Origin: Truepera sp.
GTDB taxonomy: Bacteria > Deinococcota > Deinococci > Deinococcales > Trueperaceae
Length of the DNA: 52,302 bases
NCBI GenBank assembly: GCA_048594695.1
Contig: JBMDWS010000371.1
Location: forward strand, 1-52,302
Direction: 5' to 3'
The notes under the pieces were generated by a model. It was not told where the DNA came from, did no database searches, and was given only the letters and a program-made list of their open reading frames with translations. Positions 48,693-52,302 of the stretch are shown one piece after another. The stretch's first letter is position 1; the number at the start of each line of letters is the position of its first letter. A program made the translations under genes and the position numbers.

Positions 48693-49412
48693 TTAGACGA
48701 GGAGTTTCGTGAGTCCTGTAACTGCGTCGAGCGGCAGGGTATAGGTGGCGCGGGCGCTCAGCGGTGTGCGTTCGGGGTTGATTTCGATGACCGCTGCGCC
48801 GCCGCGCAGCGCGAGTCCGGCCAGGCTCGCCGCTGGCTCGACGACGCCCGAAGTGCCCACGACGAGCGTCACGTCGGCCCGGGCAAAAGCTTCTGCTGCG
48901 GCCTGCAGGGTTGTCTGCGGCAGCGCCTCACCGAACCAGACGACGTTCGGGCGCATCCGGCTGCCGCAGGCCGCACAGTGCGGCGGCAGCGCCATCTCCA
49001 GCTCGAGGGGTTCCAGCCCAGCGCAGCGTTCACAGCGGGCCAGAGTGAGGTTGCCGTGCAGCTCGAGAACCCGCTGCGACCCGGCGCGCTGATGCAGCCC
49101 GTCGACGTTTTGCGTAACGAGCGTAAACTCGGGGACACTCGCCCCCAGCCCTGCGAGCAGCGTGTGGGCCGGGTTGGGCTCGGCGGTAGCAGCCCGCCCA
49201 AAGCGCCAGAAGTACCATTCCCAGACGGTCTGCGGGTCGCGTGCGTAGGCTTCGGGCGTAGCGAGGTCGGTGGCGCGGTGGCTTTTCCATAGCCCACCCG
49301 CGCCGCGAAAGGTCTCGAGGCCTGAGGCCGCGCTGACCCCTGCTCCGGTCAGTACCGCGACGCGCTCGGCCCCTGCAAGCAAGCCTCGCAGCTTCAGGAG
49401 CGTCTCGTCCAC
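48693..49412 (-). CDS. cobB: NAD-dependent protein deacylase (sirtuin)
   Basis: TGAGVSAASG..TFRG, TQNVDGLH, ELHG, C..C/C..C, RPNVVWFGE, VGTSG.V.PA, IEIN. Confidence 0.95.
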   Translation of the reverse strand: MDETLLKLRGLLAGAERVAVLTGAGVSAASGLETFRGAGGLWKSHRATDLATPEAYARDPQTVWEWYFWRFGRAATAEPNPAHTLLAGLGASVPEFTLVTQNVDGLHQRAGSQRVLELHGNLTLARCERCAGLEPLELEMALPPHCAACGSRMRPNVVWFGEALPQTTLQAAAEAFARADVTLVVGTSGVVEPAASLAGLALRGGAAVIEINPERTPLSARATYTLPLDAVTGLTKLLV

Positions 49413-49444
49413 GCCCTAGTATAGGTGGGTATACTCGGAGGGTT

Positions 49445-50098
49445 ATGTCCGTGCCCGTTCGGGCCGGAAACGTGTCTTTCGCCAAGGAGAATCCCTTGCC
49501 CTTTATCGCTATCGAAGGCCCCATCGGGGCGGGAAAAACCAGCTTGAGTCGTCTGCTCGCCGAAGAACTCGGTGCCCGGCTCATGCTCGAGGTCGTCGAG
49601 GAAAATCCCTTCCTGGCGCCCTTTTACGCCGAGCCCGAACGCTACGCCTTTAGCGTGCAAACGTTCTTTTTGCTCTCGCGCTACAAGCAGGTGCAGGACA
49701 TGCTGCAGGGGTCGCTCTTTTTTAGCGATACGGTTGCCGACTATCTTTTTGACAAGGACTTTATCTTCGCCTCGCTGAACCTGCAGGGCGACGAGTGGGA
49801 ACTCTACCGCGACCTCTACGCGCAGCTGCGGCCCCGGTTGCCCGCACCTGACCTGACTGTGTACCTGCGGGCTTCGCCCGACCTGCTTTTGGAGCGCATC
49901 GCGCGGCGCGGGCGTCCTTTCGAGCAGGGTATGGAAGCCTCCTATCTGCGCCGTCTCGGGGACGCCTACGACCGCTACTTCGAGCATTACGAAGCGCCCC
50001 TGCACGTTGTCGAAGCCGCTGGCTTCGACTTTGTCGGGTGCGCCCAGGACCGGGAGGCCGTGGTCGGTGCCATCTTGCAGCACACCCGCGCTGCCTGA
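49445..50098 (+). CDS. Deoxynucleoside kinase
   Basis: IEGPIGAGKTS P-loop, ENPFL..FY, Q.FFL.SR, DY, PDL.VYL, RGRPFE. Confidence 0.92.
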   Translation: MSVPVRAGNVSFAKENPLPFIAIEGPIGAGKTSLSRLLAEELGARLMLEVVEENPFLAPFYAEPERYAFSVQTFFLLSRYKQVQDMLQGSLFFSDTVADYLFDKDFIFASLNLQGDEWELYRDLYAQLRPRLPAPDLTVYLRASPDLLLERIARRGRPFEQGMEASYLRRLGDAYDRYFEHYEAPLHVVEAAGFDFVGCAQDREAVVGAILQHTRAA

Positions 50099-50745
50099 TG
50101 TTCGTCGCGGTCGCGGGCAACATCGGGGCGGGCAAGTCGAGCCTGACGCGGGTGCTCGCCGATCACTTCGCGCTCTCGCCTGTTTACGAGGCGGTCGACG
50201 AGAATCCGTATCTGCAGGACTTTTACCGGGACATGCCGCGCTACGCATTCCACTCGCAGATGTTCTTTCTGGCCAAGCGGCTTGAGCAGCACGTTTCCCA
50301 GGTCAATCCAGGTAGCCGCGTGATTCAGGACCGCACGCTCTACGAAGACGCCAACATCTTTGCCCGTAACCTCTTCGAGGAGGGTGTCATGGACGCACGC
50401 GACTTTGGCGTCTATATGGCGATGTACCGGGCCATGCGCGCGGCGCTGCGCCCGCCGGACCTGCTTATCTACTTGCGAGCCTCACTACCGACGCTGCGCC
50501 GGCACATTGCCCTGCGCGGACGCGCCTTCGAGACGGGCATCAGCGACGCTTACCTGGCGGGTCTCGGCACGCTCTATGAGCGCTGGTTCACGGCCTATGA
50601 CCTCTCGCCCAAAGTGGTCCTTAGCGCCGACGACCTCGATTTCGTCAACGACCCCGACGCGCTGGCCCAAGTGGTTCATACCCTAGACAGCTGGTTGACC
50701 CCGCCCATCCTCTCGCTGCACGCAGACTATGAAACTGTGACTTAG
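50098..50745 (+). CDS. Deoxynucleoside kinase (second paralog)
   Basis: VAGNIGAGKSS, ENPYL.DFY, QDRT.YED, PDLLIYL, RGR.FE. ATG 50098 overlaps the upstream stop (TGATG). Confidence 0.92.
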   Translation: MFVAVAGNIGAGKSSLTRVLADHFALSPVYEAVDENPYLQDFYRDMPRYAFHSQMFFLAKRLEQHVSQVNPGSRVIQDRTLYEDANIFARNLFEEGVMDARDFGVYMAMYRAMRAALRPPDLLIYLRASLPTLRRHIALRGRAFETGISDAYLAGLGTLYERWFTAYDLSPKVVLSADDLDFVNDPDALAQVVHTLDSWLTPPILSLHADYETVT

Positions 50746-50844
50746 TTGATCGTTGGGGCAGACGCCTGATATTTTTCATGTGGGCGTAATCAACGTGGTG
50801 ACGCGCACTACGTTTTTCCGCCGGACGTGAGGTGAATACCAGCC

Positions 50845-52302
50845 ATGAGGCTCGATAAACTCGTTCGCGACGCGCTCGGTTTACGCCTGGCCCTTCCCGA
50901 GGTCGATGTGGTGCGTGTGGTTCAGGACACGCGTACGCTCGAGCCCGGCGTCCCTTTCGTTTTCGTGGCCCGGCGGGGGCGCGATTTCGACGGGCACCGC
51001 TTTGCTGCCAAGGCGATTGCACAGGGCGCAGTGGCAGTTGTCGGAAGCGCTGGACCGGAGGAGCGTGAGAGTTTTCCCTGGCTCTACGCCGCGCCCTATA
51101 TCTACGTTGCTGACGACCGCGTGGCCCTGGCGAAGCTGGCGGCAACCCTCTTCCAGAAGCCTTCCCAGCATCTTTTTACCCTCGGGGTCACCGGTACCGA
51201 CGGCAAGACGACGACCTCGTATCTGCTCGAGCATCTCCTGTCCGGGACGCACCGGGTCGGACTTCTCTCGACGGCGGGCAACCGCGTCGCGGGGCTCGAG
51301 GTCACCCTCCCCGGTCACTTCACTACGCCCGAAGCGCCCGAAGTGCAGGAGCTTCTCGCGCGCTGCGTGGAGGCGGGCTGCACACACGCGGTGATCGAGT
51401 CGAGTTCGCACGGCTTTGCCCTCGACCGCCTCGCTGAAGTCGATTACGACGTGGGTGTGTGGACCAACCTGACGCCCGAACACCTCGATTTTCACGGCAC
51501 CTACGCTCGCTACCGCGAGGCTAAGGGCGAGCTGATGGCGCGGGCGCAGGTGAGTGTCCTGAACGCCGACGACCCGGAATTCGACTATAACGCTGCGCGC
51601 TCGGCGCGTGTCGTGCCTTACGGCCTGAACGAAGGAGCCGAGTGGCGCGCGACCGAGATCGTCGAGCACGCGGGCAGTCTCTCGTGGACGCTCGAGCGGC
51701 GTGGTGCGCGCTTTGCCGCCGCGCTCCCGATGATCGGGCGCTACAACATCTCGAACGCCCTCGCGGCTCTCGCGGCAGCGGCGGAGGCGGGCGTGTCCAT
51801 TGGGGTATCGCTGCGCCGCCTCTCGACGTTTCCCGGTGTGCCCGGACGGATGCAGGTGGTGCAGAGTGAGCCCTTCGTAGCTGTCGTAGATTTTGCCCAC
51901 ACCCCGCCCGCGCTGACCAAGGCGCTCCTCGCGCTTCGTTCTCAGGTCACGGGCCGCCTGATCGTGGTGGTCGGGGCCGCAGGCGAGCGTGATCCCGGCA
52001 AGCGCCAGCCTTTGGGGGAGAGCGCCGTGCGCCACGCGGACTACGCCATCTTTACCGAAGAAGACTCGCGCTCGGAAGATGCCGAGATGATCCTGGCGCA
52101 ACTTGCCGCTGGGGCTGAAGAGGCAGGCGGCAAGCGGGAGCAGACGTTCACCCTCGTCCCGGACCGCCGTGAGGCGATTCGCCGCGCCGCCGAAATCGCC
52201 GGGGCGGGTGACGTGGTGCTCTTCGCTGGAAAAGGGCACGAACGGACCCTCGAGCGTGCCCACATGGTGCTCGAGTGGGATGAAGTGGCTGAGGTCAGGA
52301 CG
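50845..52302 (+). CDS. murE: UDP-N-acetylmuramyl-tripeptide synthetase (3' end just outside the window; absent from the ORF track)
   Basis: Read manually from ATG 50845: FDGH, GVTGTDGKTTT, TTPEA, ESSSHG, TNLTPEHLDFHG, PGRM, VDFAHTP, GERD..KR, AGKGHE. Confidence 0.95.
   Translation, partial: MRLDKLVRDALGLRLALPEVDVVRVVQDTRTLEPGVPFVFVARRGRDFDGHRFAAKAIAQGAVAVVGSAGPEERESFPWLYAAPYIYVADDRVALAKLAATLFQKPSQHLFTLGVTGTDGKTTTSYLLEHLLSGTHRVGLLSTAGNRVAGLEVTLPGHFTTPEAPEVQELLARCVEAGCTHAVIESSSHGFALDRLAEVDYDVGVWTNLTPEHLDFHGTYARYREAKGELMARAQVSVLNADDPEFDYNAARSARVVPYGLNEGAEWRATEIVEHAGSLSWTLERRGARFAAALPMIGRYNISNALAALAAAAEAGVSIGVSLRRLSTFPGVPGRMQVVQSEPFVAVVDFAHTPPALTKALLALRSQVTGRLIVVVGAAGERDPGKRQPLGESAVRHADYAIFTEEDSRSEDAEMILAQLAAGAEEAGGKREQTFTLVPDRREAIRRAAEIAGAGDVVLFAGKGHERTLERAHMVLEWDEVAEVRT

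Noticed and set aside
48693-49412. Sirtuin as an anti-phage SIR2 NADase (Thoeris/DSR type)
   Set aside because: It has the canonical CobB deacylase layout with a zinc module and no defence partner domains.
50881-52263. 460-aa minus-strand ORF in the track
   Set aside because: Antisense shadow of murE, which runs off the window end and so was not listed.

Overview
A GC-rich (roughly 63-65% by eye) chromosomal window, most consistent with a Deinococcota genome of the Truepera type. Evidence: many leaderless genes with a TANNNT box 5-7 nt before the start codon, a MurE lacking the DAP-type DNPR motif, a tandem deoxynucleoside-kinase pair, and an Ndx1-like Nudix enzyme. Left to right it holds: a 5'-truncated ftsK and a lipoprotein; a ~20 kb minus-strand surface-polysaccharide cluster (wzz-like, ugd, GT2, wzy-like, GT4, gmd, rmd, GT4, an O-antigen-ligase-like gene, a ligase::priming-glycosyltransferase fusion, DUF3995, rmlA-D-C-B, a cis-prenyltransferase, a cytidylyltransferase); envelope, division and metabolic genes (amidase, guaD, YhcB-like, class III cyclase-STAND, envC-like, ftsX, DUF1080 lipoprotein, CPBP protease, alr, acyl-ACP desaturase); a low-GC solo gene with a HEPN-like motif; a BTAD/SARP-STAND-TPR regulator followed by heptamer repeats, a 54-aa ORF missing from the ORF track and a large lipoprotein; a ~370-nt densely base-pairable non-coding segment next to an SprT protease gene; a sirtuin, two dNKs and a 3'-truncated murE. 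Main candidates for undescribed biology: (i) the putative large structured RNA at ~47053-47436, (ii) the SARP-STAND / small protein / lipoprotein module, (iii) about 160 copies of the palindrome CTCGAG across the window, and (iv) the ligase-CBM-WbaP fusion. No rRNA, tRNA, CRISPR array, transposase or integrase was recognised. All family assignments come from motif recognition by eye, not database searches.
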